Shown here: piece by piece, positions 38,968 to 49,308 of the stretch
Position numbering within the stretch: position 1 is the stretch's first letter
Layout of the letters: each line of letters opens with the position of its first letter
Source: Clostridia bacterium
Lineage (GTDB): Bacteria; Bacillota; Clostridia; UBA1212; DUPL01
Reading direction: 5' to 3'
DNA length: 64,000 nucleotides
Assembly: GCA_050951325.1 (NCBI GenBank)
Contig: JBMNIW010000004.1
Location: 64,001 to 128,000, forward strand
Notes under the pieces: generated by a model
What the model saw: only the letters and a program-made list of their open reading frames with translations
Database searches by the model: none
What the model was told of the DNA's origin: nothing
Position numbers and translations under genes: made by a program

Positions 38968-40892
38968 TTTTCAATATACTCCTTTATGATATTGAAATTT
39001 TCAGCAAACTCAATCAAGGCTTTTATGTTTATGGCACTCTCCCAGGGTCTGTACTGGGTTCCGGAACTCTTGAGGTCGTTGTAGTATTCGCACCAGGTGT
39101 ATGTTCTGTCAACCAGATTGAGAGTATCCTCATAAATGCGCATTATTGCCCTTAAGAACACATCAAACCTTTCATCCTCCTTGTCGATAACTTTCATAAC
39201 CTCGTTCAAACTGCCAAGAAGGAAACCAAAGTCATATCCTAGGTTTCTGTCCATGCCTGATGCAGAGGGTATTCTACCCGTTTCAAGATATTTCAAAGAT
39301 ATCTCATAAATCTCATTCATTATGTCATTAATGGTGATAACGGTTGAATTGATAAAAATCGGAAGAAGCAGAACACTTTTCAGCTTATGCACTTTCTTGT
39401 GGTTCCTGAACTCCCTTTCTCCAAGGACTTCCTTTTCAAGACAATCCACACACAGATAAAGCGCTTCCTTGCTCTTTTCAATCCAGCCAAAATATCCGCA
39501 GTAGCCTTCACAAACACCATGTCTGTACATTGGCTTTTCATCGTCCGTTATTCTGTCGGGATTGTTGGTTATGAGTTTTCCGTCAACAAAGAAATTCCTT
39601 GCATAAAGCTTCCTACACTCATCCACTTTCTCCTTTATGTGGCTTACATCAAAGTCAATTCCCAATCGTTTAACTTCATTCATGAATTTGAGAGCCGAAT
39701 CAATAAACATGAGTGTTGCTTCGGAGGATCCGTCGAAAATCGCATTCCTTGGCAGTATTCCGCCAGCAATGTATGTTTCATCACCATTGAATGGCAGCAT
39801 GCCGTTTACTACCTGACTGATTTGTGCCTCCAGAGCCCACTTCAAAAGTGGCAAAAACTCGTCAAAAAGCCTTCTCCTCTCGCCCTCGTCCTCCACGAAA
39901 CCCAGGTAGTCAAAGAACATAAGGACTATATATCCGGTTATCTCTACATCATCATTTTCATGTATGTGCATGACACCCCTCAGACCCATGCCGTGAGCGT
40001 TGTTTATCCTTCCCTCTCGCTTGAACTCATTGAGGAAGAAATACAAAACACCAAGAGCTTCTTCCTTCATGCCCAGCTTAAGCATCCCCCTTACAACACC
40101 ATACTGGTCTCTTACATAACCCAGATGATAAGGATATCCTGCAATAACTCCGCCTTCCTCATGCTGCTGTGTCTTAATATTAATCACGTTGGATTCTATC
40201 GCCTTTAGGAGTGTATCCCTCATCGGCATATCCAGAGGAATCATGGATTCAAAATCGGGAAGGTTGTTAAAATACTCTGCGTATCTATCTCTTGCCTTTT
40301 TCTTTTCATCTTCCACATTCAATTCAAAATACTTTTTCGTTTCCTCTACCGTATCTGGATAATGCCCACCGGCTACAAAGGCGATCCTTCCGCCGCCCTC
40401 AAGATAAATATTCCTTCCATCAAAAGTAATGTTTTCTCCATTTGCATTCGAAATCACGATGGATGCGTACATGTGTCCAACCAAAGGGTATGAAAAGTAG
40501 ATGTATGTACCTGAGATGATTTTAAGCTCAAAAACTTTAACATCACTCTTTCCATACTTGAAGGATACATCCTTTACCATTACATAATCATGAACCGATA
40601 TGGTATGGACAATATCATCGCCTTCAATATCCCTTACAAAAACAGGAGCCTCACTAAAACAAAAATCCTTTATTACAGCGCCCTTTACATTGTATGTGTA
40701 AAAGTTAGTATTTGGCTCCTTTTCAACAGCCATATCATTAAATGTTTTTTTGTATTTGTCTGTTACTCGTATTTCGCCAAAGGAAGGCAGACTGTAAAAC
40801 GGACCAAAGAATTGAAACACATCTGCATTATGATGATAGGTAAGTACTTTACCATTGCCGCATGCATGTACGGAAAAACTATTTATCTGCAT
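38964..40892 (-). CDS. Six-hairpin (GH15/GH63-like) glycoside hydrolase
   Basis: GGVIAG...YVRDQYG, E.TGY, C-terminal WCEYY...RPWESA. Start set at ATG 40892 (GGAGGA RBS). Confidence 0.6.
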   Translation of the reverse strand: MQINSFSVHACGNGKVLTYHHNADVFQFFGPFYSLPSFGEIRVTDKYKKTFNDMAVEKEPNTNFYTYNVKGAVIKDFCFSEAPVFVRDIEGDDIVHTISVHDYVMVKDVSFKYGKSDVKVFELKIISGTYIYFSYPLVGHMYASIVISNANGENITFDGRNIYLEGGGRIAFVAGGHYPDTVEETKKYFELNVEDEKKKARDRYAEYFNNLPDFESMIPLDMPMRDTLLKAIESNVINIKTQQHEEGGVIAGYPYHLGYVRDQYGVVRGMLKLGMKEEALGVLYFFLNEFKREGRINNAHGMGLRGVMHIHENDDVEITGYIVLMFFDYLGFVEDEGERRRLFDEFLPLLKWALEAQISQVVNGMLPFNGDETYIAGGILPRNAIFDGSSEATLMFIDSALKFMNEVKRLGIDFDVSHIKEKVDECRKLYARNFFVDGKLITNNPDRITDDEKPMYRHGVCEGYCGYFGWIEKSKEALYLCVDCLEKEVLGEREFRNHKKVHKLKSVLLLPIFINSTVITINDIMNEIYEISLKYLETGRIPSASGMDRNLGYDFGFLLGSLNEVMKVIDKEDERFDVFLRAIMRIYEDTLNLVDRTYTWCEYYNDLKSSGTQYRPWESAINIKALIEFAENFNIIKEYIEK

Positions 40893-41000
40893 ATTATCCT
40901 CCAACTTTATATTATTTTCACCCATTATATCACAAAACCTGATACAGTTTTCATTTTTGTGCTATAATTATCATGAAAATTTATATCAAAGGAGTTTCAC

Positions 41001-43154
41001 ATGAACATCGTAAGAAAAATAGCAAAAGAACTTGATATTAAAGAGTATCAGGTGGAAAACACCATCAAGCTTATCGATGAAGGAAACACCATCCCCTTCA
41101 TAGCAAGATACAGAAAAGAAGCCCACGGCTCATTAGACGACACAACCTTGAGAGAACTGGAAAAAAAACTAAATTACCTAAGAAATCTTGAAAGCAAAAA
41201 AGAAGAAGTAAAAAATCTGCTTGAAAAACAAGGCGTTCTGGATGAAAAATTGACTCAGGAAATCAACAAGGCGGACACTTTGTCTGAAATTGAAGACATC
41301 TACAGACCCTATAGACCAAAAAGAAGAACAAGAGCCACTATAGCAAAGGAAAAAGGTCTTAATCCATTGGCAGAAACAATTTATCAGCAGATAAGAATAG
41401 GCATGCCCTTGGAAGAATATATTCAGAAATTCATAGACGACAACAAGGATACCGTTACAGTAGAGTCTCTTGAAGAAGCAATAAACGGAGTCAGCGATAT
41501 AATTGCTGAATTTGTCAGCGATGATGCTGAAATCAGAAAAAGAGTAAGAGGCCACTTTATCCTAAACAGCCAGATAGTATCAAAGGCTACCGACCCGGAA
41601 ACGGATTCAGTTTACTCAAACTACTACGACTATACGGAATCAACAATAAAAATTGCAGACCACAGAATACTTGCAGTCAACAGGGGTGAAAAGGAAGGCT
41701 TTTTAAAAGTCACAATCCAGGTTAACAAGGAAAATGTACTTAGACTAATAAACAACTATGTAATGAAAGAAGATTGCCAGTACCGTAACTTTATAGAAAG
41801 AGCCATTGAAGACTCCTATACCCGCCTCATAGAGCCCTCCATTGAAAGAGAGATAAGAAACTCCCTTACAGAAAGGGCTGTTGAAGGCGCTATAAAAAAC
41901 TTTTCCAAAAACCTCAAACAACTTCTTATGCAGAGGCCGCTGAAAGGTAAAGTTGTAATGGGAATAGACCCTGCATACAGGACCGGATGCAAATTTGCTG
42001 TTTGTGATGACACAGGCAAAGTTCTGGATACAGGAGTCATCTATCCCACTCCACCCCACAACAAGGTTGAAGAAGCTGCAAAAATGCTCAAAGCAGCAAT
42101 CGAAAAACATAATGTAGATGTAATATCAATAGGAAACGGTACCGCTTCCGGTGAAACGGAGATGTTTGTTGCATCACTGTTAAAGGATATTAAAAGAAAC
42201 ATCGGATACATCGTAGTAAACGAAGCCGGCGCCAGTGTTTACTCAGCCTCCGAACTTGCTGCAGAAGAATTCCCCGATTTCGATGTTGCATTAAGAAGTG
42301 CCGTATCCATTGCAAGAAGACTGCAGGACCCGCTGGCAGAGCTTGTAAAGATTGATCCAAAGGCTATTGGTGTAGGACAGTATCAGCACGACATGCCCAC
42401 CAATCTTTTGGACTCCGCCCTGAAGGGTGTGGTGGAAGACAGCGTCAATACAGTCGGAGTTGACTTGAATACCGCCTCCTTCTCCATCCTCTCCTATGTT
42501 TCCGGCATAAACACATCAGTTGCAAGGGAGATAGTAAAGTATAGGGAAGAAAACGGCAAGTTTAAAAACAGGAAAGAACTTCTCAAGGTTCCCAAACTTG
42601 GTGCTAAGACCTTTGAAATGTGCGCAGGTTTCTTAAGAATTCCAGAAAGCGAGGATTTTCTAGACAACACTGCAGTTCACCCCGAATCCTACGGACCTGC
42701 AAGGAAACTACTGGATATGTGCGGAATAGAGTCCACAAAGGACTTGAAACTGGTTGAGGAAAGAGCGAAAAAAATTGGAGTTGATAAAATAGCCAGGACC
42801 ATTGAAGTGGGAGTCCCAACCCTTTCCGACATAATTGAGGAAATAAAGAAGCCAGGAAGAGATATAAGGGATACATTGCCCTCTCCAATTGTTCGCACCG
42901 AAATTCTCACCCTTGAAAACCTGAAGGAAGGCATGATTCTGACCGGAACTGTAAGGAATGTAATAGACTTTGGAGCCTTTGTAGACATTGGCGTTCACCA
43001 GGACGGTCTTGTGCACATATCTGAAATCTGCGATAAGTACATCAAACATCCCTCTGAAGTTCTAGGAGTGGGAGATATAATCAAAGTCAAGGTTATAGGT
43101 GTTGACATTGACAGAAAAAGAATATCTCTCAGCATGAAAAACATTCCACAATAG
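41001..43154 (+). CDS. tex: Tex family RNA-binding transcriptional accessory protein
   Basis: TIPFIARYRKE, DPAYRTGCK, ARRLQDPLAELVKIDPK motifs; C-terminal S1 domain. Confidence 0.97.
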   Translation: MNIVRKIAKELDIKEYQVENTIKLIDEGNTIPFIARYRKEAHGSLDDTTLRELEKKLNYLRNLESKKEEVKNLLEKQGVLDEKLTQEINKADTLSEIEDIYRPYRPKRRTRATIAKEKGLNPLAETIYQQIRIGMPLEEYIQKFIDDNKDTVTVESLEEAINGVSDIIAEFVSDDAEIRKRVRGHFILNSQIVSKATDPETDSVYSNYYDYTESTIKIADHRILAVNRGEKEGFLKVTIQVNKENVLRLINNYVMKEDCQYRNFIERAIEDSYTRLIEPSIEREIRNSLTERAVEGAIKNFSKNLKQLLMQRPLKGKVVMGIDPAYRTGCKFAVCDDTGKVLDTGVIYPTPPHNKVEEAAKMLKAAIEKHNVDVISIGNGTASGETEMFVASLLKDIKRNIGYIVVNEAGASVYSASELAAEEFPDFDVALRSAVSIARRLQDPLAELVKIDPKAIGVGQYQHDMPTNLLDSALKGVVEDSVNTVGVDLNTASFSILSYVSGINTSVAREIVKYREENGKFKNRKELLKVPKLGAKTFEMCAGFLRIPESEDFLDNTAVHPESYGPARKLLDMCGIESTKDLKLVEERAKKIGVDKIARTIEVGVPTLSDIIEEIKKPGRDIRDTLPSPIVRTEILTLENLKEGMILTGTVRNVIDFGAFVDIGVHQDGLVHISEICDKYIKHPSEVLGVGDIIKVKVIGVDIDRKRISLSMKNIPQ

Positions 43155-43162
43155 GTGATATC

Positions 43163-45799
43163 ATGAGGTTTTCCACGGAAAGGTTGCTTTCTCTGACTTT
43201 CGTAATTGTTTTAGTTGTAATCATGCTTGTGTCCATCAGGCATGATTACGACAAAAAACCACCCACAGGTCATTTGGAACTGACTGTGGGAGAGGTTTGC
43301 ATATTTTCACTCATGGATAATAAATACATAAAATATAATCTTGAAAAGGACACTGAATACGAAATCTATCTTGACATGGATGCAAAAACCTTCACGGATA
43401 CATACATAGGCCTTTCTATAGACAAAGGAAATATCCAAATTGACGGAAAAGACACAAACAATACCTTGGTTCCAATATCAAACAGCAAACCAATAACCAT
43501 AAAATCAGACAGTGATGCAAACCTTACCGTCTCCGTCTTTACATACAACAAAAGCATAAACAAGGAAATACTATATACCAGCAACTTTAATTTCCTAAGC
43601 AGTATCAATGACTTCTCCAACGAGAAAGAGGATTTGATTCTGGTTCTGACAGGAGATATCAAAACGACTGAAACGTTGATTATTAAAAGACCCTGCGAAT
43701 TCTTCTTGAATGGATTCAACTTTGAATCCACACAAGACTTCATTGTGGATTTTGAATCCACCAAACCATTTATAATTCACATGAGAGATAAAAAACAGAT
43801 CAGGGTTAATGCCTTCTATGCCAATACTCCAAACAGCGACATAACTATTGACAAGATCTTTTTCAAGGATGAGCCCGAATACGCAGTAAGAGCAAAGACC
43901 TTGAACGGAAAATCCATCGGCACAAAAACAACTGTAAAAAGTGCTGAAAAGTTCCTTCAGCTTTTAGATGACAATCACTACCCTTACCTTTATCCGGATA
44001 CAACAATTTCAGTTGGCAATTTTATTCTCGATAACAAGGCTGTTGAATCCTTTTACAACACTTTCAAGAAGGAAATAACAGTTACAAAGCCTGTCAGGCT
44101 CGTTATTAATAAAGGGTTTGAAATAAAGGATGTCGTGTTAAATATCCAAACGGATGAAAAAGGCACCTTGGTAGTTAATGTGGATGAAAATGCAAACTTC
44201 AGCTATCACCATATTTCAATAGATGCCCCAAACTGCTCCCTTTTATGGACAAATTCCGCTCCTAAAGAAGATTATGTGGCAAAATACATGAATGTTCAAA
44301 CATATCAGGGAAAGCCTGTAAACAGCTTTCTTGGCGGCAATGGAAAAGGAAGAATTATAGAATTTGCCAGCAATGACTCTCTGGGTCTGGAGTGGGTGGT
44401 GAAGGGAAATGTAATTGAAGCACAAATCCCCTTTGATACCAGCGACATACAGCTTGCCGATATTGAAATAAGTTTTATGACAAGTGAAGGCACAGCTGAA
44501 ATAGATAAGAAATATGTAAAAGATAATAATTTGGTAGATCTGCATGAATCCCCCTTGATTGTCGTTACCGATGAAAAAGGCAAAACAAGAACTTACATGG
44601 TATCAGTAAAGAGAAAAGCAAACTCTCTTCCAATAATCTACATATACACCGATGACTATAGAACAATCGATTCAAAGGAAGAATACATACCAGGTTCCTT
44701 CATGATGGATGCGGACCATGTAGATGGGAACTATACAATTCCAACTACAAGTATGAATATTAGGGGGAGAGGCAATTCCACCTGGAGACTTTTTGACAAG
44801 AAACCATATAGAATCAAATTTGATGAAAAGGTATCTTTGTTTGGCCTTGCACCTAACAGGGACTGGGTGCTCCTTGCAAACTATGCAGACCACTCCCTGC
44901 TAAGAAATTACGTTGCCATGGAAATGGGCAAGAAACTTACAAACCTTGAATTCACACCTTCTTCCTACCCTGTTGACTTGTTTGTTAACGGTGAATACAT
45001 GGGTGTGTATTCAATTGGCGAACAGATAGAAGTTGCAAAAAGCCGTGTTGATATTGACGAGGACTATGACGATCCTGACACCGGATATCTCCTTGAGGTA
45101 GGAGGAACTGACAATGTCCTTGAACTGGGTGTCGACTTTTTCCACTCCATGCTTCTTAAGTGGGTCGCCATAAAGAGTCCGGACACAAGGGCAATGTCAA
45201 AAGAACACTTTGACTTCATATCGCAATTTACAAAGGATGCAGACAATGCCATAGTCAGAAATCTGGATTATGAAAACTATGTAGACATTGACTCGGTAAT
45301 TGATTGGGTTATTCTACATGAATTTACCTGCAACCTCGATTCAGGATTTAGAAGAAGCTGTTTTCTTTACAAGGATAAAGGCGGAAAACTCCGCATGGGA
45401 CCCATATGGGACTTCGACCTTGCCTTTGGCAACTACTTCAGAGACAACTCTTATGACACATGGTTTACCTGCGGTGGAGAAACTTTGGGAAGCACCTGGA
45501 CTACTTTCCTTTACCAGTATCCTAAGTTTAACGAGAAATACAAAACGAGATGGAACGAGGTTAAGGATGTACTAAAAGATACCGCCCTTTCTGCAGTCAC
45601 CAACGGTAAAAACATGGTTTACAAGTCTGCAATGTACAACTTTGAAAAATGGAATAAGTTGCTTGGCAACAAAACTTCCCTGCAGCCTGAGCATATTAGG
45701 GAGATGAAAACCTATGACGACCATATCAACTATCTCCTAAATTTCATAAATACCCGTTTCGAGTGGCTTGACAACGCTATAAACAACCTGCCCTCGTAG
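43163..45799 (+). CDS. CotH kinase family protein with long N-terminal extracellular region
   Basis: N-terminal TM; IRGRGNST, KKPYRIKF, WVLLAN and GPIWDFDLAFG motifs. Confidence 0.88.
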   Translation: MRFSTERLLSLTFVIVLVVIMLVSIRHDYDKKPPTGHLELTVGEVCIFSLMDNKYIKYNLEKDTEYEIYLDMDAKTFTDTYIGLSIDKGNIQIDGKDTNNTLVPISNSKPITIKSDSDANLTVSVFTYNKSINKEILYTSNFNFLSSINDFSNEKEDLILVLTGDIKTTETLIIKRPCEFFLNGFNFESTQDFIVDFESTKPFIIHMRDKKQIRVNAFYANTPNSDITIDKIFFKDEPEYAVRAKTLNGKSIGTKTTVKSAEKFLQLLDDNHYPYLYPDTTISVGNFILDNKAVESFYNTFKKEITVTKPVRLVINKGFEIKDVVLNIQTDEKGTLVVNVDENANFSYHHISIDAPNCSLLWTNSAPKEDYVAKYMNVQTYQGKPVNSFLGGNGKGRIIEFASNDSLGLEWVVKGNVIEAQIPFDTSDIQLADIEISFMTSEGTAEIDKKYVKDNNLVDLHESPLIVVTDEKGKTRTYMVSVKRKANSLPIIYIYTDDYRTIDSKEEYIPGSFMMDADHVDGNYTIPTTSMNIRGRGNSTWRLFDKKPYRIKFDEKVSLFGLAPNRDWVLLANYADHSLLRNYVAMEMGKKLTNLEFTPSSYPVDLFVNGEYMGVYSIGEQIEVAKSRVDIDEDYDDPDTGYLLEVGGTDNVLELGVDFFHSMLLKWVAIKSPDTRAMSKEHFDFISQFTKDADNAIVRNLDYENYVDIDSVIDWVILHEFTCNLDSGFRRSCFLYKDKGGKLRMGPIWDFDLAFGNYFRDNSYDTWFTCGGETLGSTWTTFLYQYPKFNEKYKTRWNEVKDVLKDTALSAVTNGKNMVYKSAMYNFEKWNKLLGNKTSLQPEHIREMKTYDDHINYLLNFINTRFEWLDNAINNLPS

Positions 45800-45804
45800 A
45801 AAAA

Positions 45805-45833
45805 GTAATATTTGCGAAAGCTTGTCATATAAT
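45805..45833 (+). promoter_or_regulatory. Possible SigE-type sporulation promoter
   Basis: GTAATATT...CATATAAT upstream of 45863. Confidence 0.4.
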
Positions 45834-45862
45834 TTACCATAACTATTTAGTGAGGGATATGT

Positions 45863-46942
45863 ATGAGCTTTAACAATGGATATTACTTTTTCGAGCATAG
45901 TGACAAAAGCGTAAGCGGGTATATCATGTTCAGAAAGTCAAACGGCTCTGTACGCGTTCAAGTTTTGGTTGAAGGACTTAACGTACCTGCTGACAAAGGA
46001 CAAGTGTATCTATCAAATGCGCAGGGTGACAAGCTGCATTTGGCGGATGTGCCTTTGAGAAAGATGAAAAACGGAAGAAGGAGCGTAAACTGCGACGTAC
46101 GCTTCAATGAAAACAGGAAATCATTAAACAGTTTTGACTGCGCCCACATAGTTGTCAGGAACAAATCCGTCATTGAAGCTTTTTCTGGGAAAGTTAGAAA
46201 CTTTGACAGGGACATGTTCAACGACAATTACCAAAAGAAGCCTGAAAAAACTGCTGCTCCTGAGAAAAAGGAGTTGGACAAGATCGAAGAAAAACCAAAA
46301 CCAGAACTCAAACCCATGCCAGAACCAAAACCGCTTGTTGATATTGAAACCAAACCCGAGATAAAAGAGGAAAAACCTCCCGAGCCGCAGAAAACTGCAA
46401 ACGACACAACAAACGGCCGTACAATTGCGCCTTCAAAAACAGAGCAATTTACAAAACCGCAGAACATGGAAAAACCCAGCTTTGACTGGGATGAATTCCT
46501 GAACAAGGAGCTAAAGGCAGCCGACATAAACAAGGAAGTCAAGAAGGAAGAGAAATATCCTGACGACACCTTCAATGAAATGCTCCTTCCCTTTGATCCA
46601 TTCAATACTACCAACAAGGCTTACAACTGGTGGGTTGCAGACAACTATCAGCAGGCATCCGACGCCTTCAAGGCAATAAATGTACTTATGCCCACAATAA
46701 TAACAAAGTTTCTGTACAACAATATTGAAAACCACAAACATGCACTGATTGGCAGATACGAGCAGGACGGACGGAAATTCGTAATACTGGGCATACCCTC
46801 TGCCAATGTCATAACCAACTCCGTTGCCCGCTGGATGAAGTGTTCCGTCTTTTATACGGATACAGAATATGTTGGGTATCTCCTCTACTACATAGACGCA
46901 AAAACATCTTCATTGGTAAAGGCGGTGCCCCAGGAAGACTAA
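45863..46942 (+). CDS. Hypothetical two-domain protein with P/E/K-rich linker
   Basis: 359-aa ORF with RBS and host-like codon usage; low-complexity central region. Confidence 0.75.
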   Translation: MSFNNGYYFFEHSDKSVSGYIMFRKSNGSVRVQVLVEGLNVPADKGQVYLSNAQGDKLHLADVPLRKMKNGRRSVNCDVRFNENRKSLNSFDCAHIVVRNKSVIEAFSGKVRNFDRDMFNDNYQKKPEKTAAPEKKELDKIEEKPKPELKPMPEPKPLVDIETKPEIKEEKPPEPQKTANDTTNGRTIAPSKTEQFTKPQNMEKPSFDWDEFLNKELKAADINKEVKKEEKYPDDTFNEMLLPFDPFNTTNKAYNWWVADNYQQASDAFKAINVLMPTIITKFLYNNIENHKHALIGRYEQDGRKFVILGIPSANVITNSVARWMKCSVFYTDTEYVGYLLYYIDAKTSSLVKAVPQED

Positions 46943-46944
46943 AA

Positions 46945-47469
46945 TCAAATACCAAAAATCAAGGATATGAAAACCCCTGCATAGAAGGCGGAAACAAAAC
47001 TTGCTACAAGAGCCGCTGTCAAAACATTGGGGGTTTTCCTTATTCTTGTATTCTGGGTGTATACAGTCAATGTATAAAGTATGGTTTCAGTAGAACCCAT
47101 CATTACAGACGCAATCATGCCGGCTTTTGAATCCGCACCGTAAGTCTTGAATATGTCTGCAAGAAGTGCCAATGAGCCGCTGCCAGACACTGGTCTCATT
47201 ATCAAAAAAGGAACAAGGGCGTCATCAAGGCCAAGAAAGCTGGTAACAGGGTGTAAAAAAGAAACCAGAATATCCAATGCTCCGGATGCCCTGAAAACGC
47301 TGATTGCTACAATCAGACCTACAAGGGAAGGAAGAAGCTTTACAATGGTGGTTGCTCCTTCCTTTGCTCCCACTATAAAAGAATCAAAACATTTCACCTT
47401 TCTGAACACTCCGGAAACGAGAATTAAAAGCACCATTACCGGTATTACATAGGAGATGAATTGAGTCAT
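46945..47469 (-). CDS. spmB: Spore maturation protein B
   Basis: FRASGALD, RPVSGSGS and MMGSTET motifs. Confidence 0.95.
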   Translation of the reverse strand: MTQFISYVIPVMVLLILVSGVFRKVKCFDSFIVGAKEGATTIVKLLPSLVGLIVAISVFRASGALDILVSFLHPVTSFLGLDDALVPFLIMRPVSGSGSLALLADIFKTYGADSKAGMIASVMMGSTETILYTLTVYTQNTRIRKTPNVLTAALVASFVSAFYAGVFISLIFGI

Positions 47470-48047
47470 TACCGCTTCCTCCTTCCATCAAGGATAAAAA
47501 AAACAAGAAGAGCGGTTATAAGGGTAAGAACTGATGTAATCCATATAGGCACCAAAACATCTGCAGGATTCTTCGCTCCGAATGAATTTCTCAAGGCAAT
47601 AATGGTTGTAGGTACAAGTTGAAGGCATGCGGAATTTACAACGAGAAACAAACATGTGCTTTTTCTGGCAGTGGTGTTTGGATTTGTCCTTTCAAGTTCA
47701 TGGACTGCAGCAATTCCTGATGGAGTGGCTCCATTACCCAAACCTAGAAAGTTCGCTGTCAGGTTTGTGACAATATGCTTTTCTGCTTCCTTGTTGTACC
47801 TTGTTTCAGGAAACAGTTTCCTAATAACGGGACTGATTAGTTTTGATATGAAGTTAATGCCTCCCGCATCCTGAAATATGCGCATCAAGCCACACCAAAG
47901 GGAAACCACTCCCAAAAGACCTATGCAGAAAGTAACCGCATCATTTGACGCATCCAACAAGGTTTTGCCAACGGCATCAATTTTTCCGTTGGCAATACCA
48001 ACGACCAGACCAACAATCAACAAAGCAACCCAGATATAATTTAGCAT
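47469..48047 (-). CDS. spmA: Spore maturation protein A
   Basis: MLNYIW, LWCGLMRI, ANFLGLGNGATP and PTTIIALR motifs. Confidence 0.95.
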   Translation of the reverse strand: MLNYIWVALLIVGLVVGIANGKIDAVGKTLLDASNDAVTFCIGLLGVVSLWCGLMRIFQDAGGINFISKLISPVIRKLFPETRYNKEAEKHIVTNLTANFLGLGNGATPSGIAAVHELERTNPNTTARKSTCLFLVVNSACLQLVPTTIIALRNSFGAKNPADVLVPIWITSVLTLITALLVFFILDGRRKR

Positions 48048-48076
48048 ATTACCTACCCATTGGGATTCCTTTTTAA

Positions 48077-48105
48077 TATATATGCCTGGACAATTCCAAA
48101 TATTT
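48077..48105 (-). promoter_or_regulatory. Possible SigE promoter of spmAB
   Basis: AAATATTT...CATATATA; spmAB is SigE-controlled in model sporeformers. Confidence 0.4.
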
Positions 48106-48133
48106 GTTTAAATATTAATTTATCCTATTTCTA

Positions 48134-48162
48134 TTGACTTTAATTTACATCTAGGGTATGAT
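48134..48162 (+). promoter_or_regulatory. SigA promoter of abrB
   Basis: TTGACT-17-TATGAT. Confidence 0.75.
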
Positions 48163-48201
48163 GATAGGTGTAAATATTTTTGTAAAGGGGAGGAGAATAA
48201 T

Positions 48202-48444
48202 ATGATGAAATCAACGGGTATAGTTAGACGAGTTGACGAGCTAGGTAGAGTTGTACTTCCCATTGAGCTTAGAAGAACACTCGACATCCAAGAAAAAGAC
48301 GCTCTCGAGATCTACGTGGATGCCAATTCAATCATATTGAAGAAATATGAACCATCCTGTGTATTCTGCGGGAATGCCAGAGATGTGATTCAATACAAGG
48401 GAAAGAATATTTGCCCGGATTGCATTTATGACCTTAAGAAATAA
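48202..48444 (+). CDS. abrB: AbrB family transition-state regulator
   Basis: MKSTGIVRRVDELGRVVLPIELRR; C-terminal CxxC...CxxC. Confidence 0.95.
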   Translation: MMKSTGIVRRVDELGRVVLPIELRRTLDIQEKDALEIYVDANSIILKKYEPSCVFCGNARDVIQYKGKNICPDCIYDLKK

Positions 48445-48462
48445 CATAATATATAGGCGCTA

Positions 48463-49299
48463 TCAAAGGGTAGTGCCTTTTTTTCTTTCATAAATTGCAT
48501 AAACATCGTTTCTCGAAAGACCAGTTTCCTTTGCAACTTCTTTAATCGCATTGTTTCTCTTTAGACCACTTTCAATCTTTTCATTTACCATGTTGAATAT
48601 TTCAACCTCTTCGTATTCTATTACTTCTTCTACTTCCCGATTCCCTTCAATAACGATAACGAACTCTCCTCTTGGATTGTTTTCTTCATAGAACCCAATC
48701 AAGCTGTCCACACTACCCCATTTCAATTCTTCAAACTTTTTCGTAAGTTCTCTGGCAAGGCAAATCTTCCTGTCTACTACATGTTCTTTCAATTCCTTAA
48801 GGGTGGAGAGTATGTTGTGTGGAGCCTCATAAAACACAAGTGTTCTTTTTTCATCAGAAATCCTTTTAAGGACTTCCCTTCTCTTTTTCTTATCCTGAGG
48901 TAGGAATCCTTCAAAAACAAAACTTCTTGTATTGAAACCAGATAAAACAACACCCATTATCAAAGCGCAGGGACCGGGTATCAGAGTATATTCAATACCA
49001 TTTTCAATTGCGAGTTTCACCAAATCCTCTCCCGGATCAGAAATACCGGGAGTACCCGCATCGGTAACATACGCAATGGATTCTCCGTTTTTCAGCTTCT
49101 CTATCAACTTTTCACCCAATGTATCCTTGTTGTGCTCATGGTAACTTACAAGAGGTTTTCTAATATCAAAACGCATAAGAAGCTTTGCGGTATGCCTTGT
49201 ATCTTCCGCTGCAATCAAATCCACACTCCTTAATGTATCAAGTGCTCTTATGGATATGTCCTCAAGATTCCCTATTGGTGTTGCAATTAAATACAGCAT
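48463..49299 (-). CDS. rsmI: 16S rRNA C1402 2'-O-methyltransferase
   Basis: ATPIGNLED, AEDTR, DAGTPGISDPG and RELTKKFEE motifs. Confidence 0.97.
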   Translation of the reverse strand: MLYLIATPIGNLEDISIRALDTLRSVDLIAAEDTRHTAKLLMRFDIRKPLVSYHEHNKDTLGEKLIEKLKNGESIAYVTDAGTPGISDPGEDLVKLAIENGIEYTLIPGPCALIMGVVLSGFNTRSFVFEGFLPQDKKKRREVLKRISDEKRTLVFYEAPHNILSTLKELKEHVVDRKICLARELTKKFEELKWGSVDSLIGFYEENNPRGEFVIVIEGNREVEEVIEYEEVEIFNMVNEKIESGLKRNNAIKEVAKETGLSRNDVYAIYERKKGTTL

Positions 49300-49308
49300 T
49301 TTCTTCTC

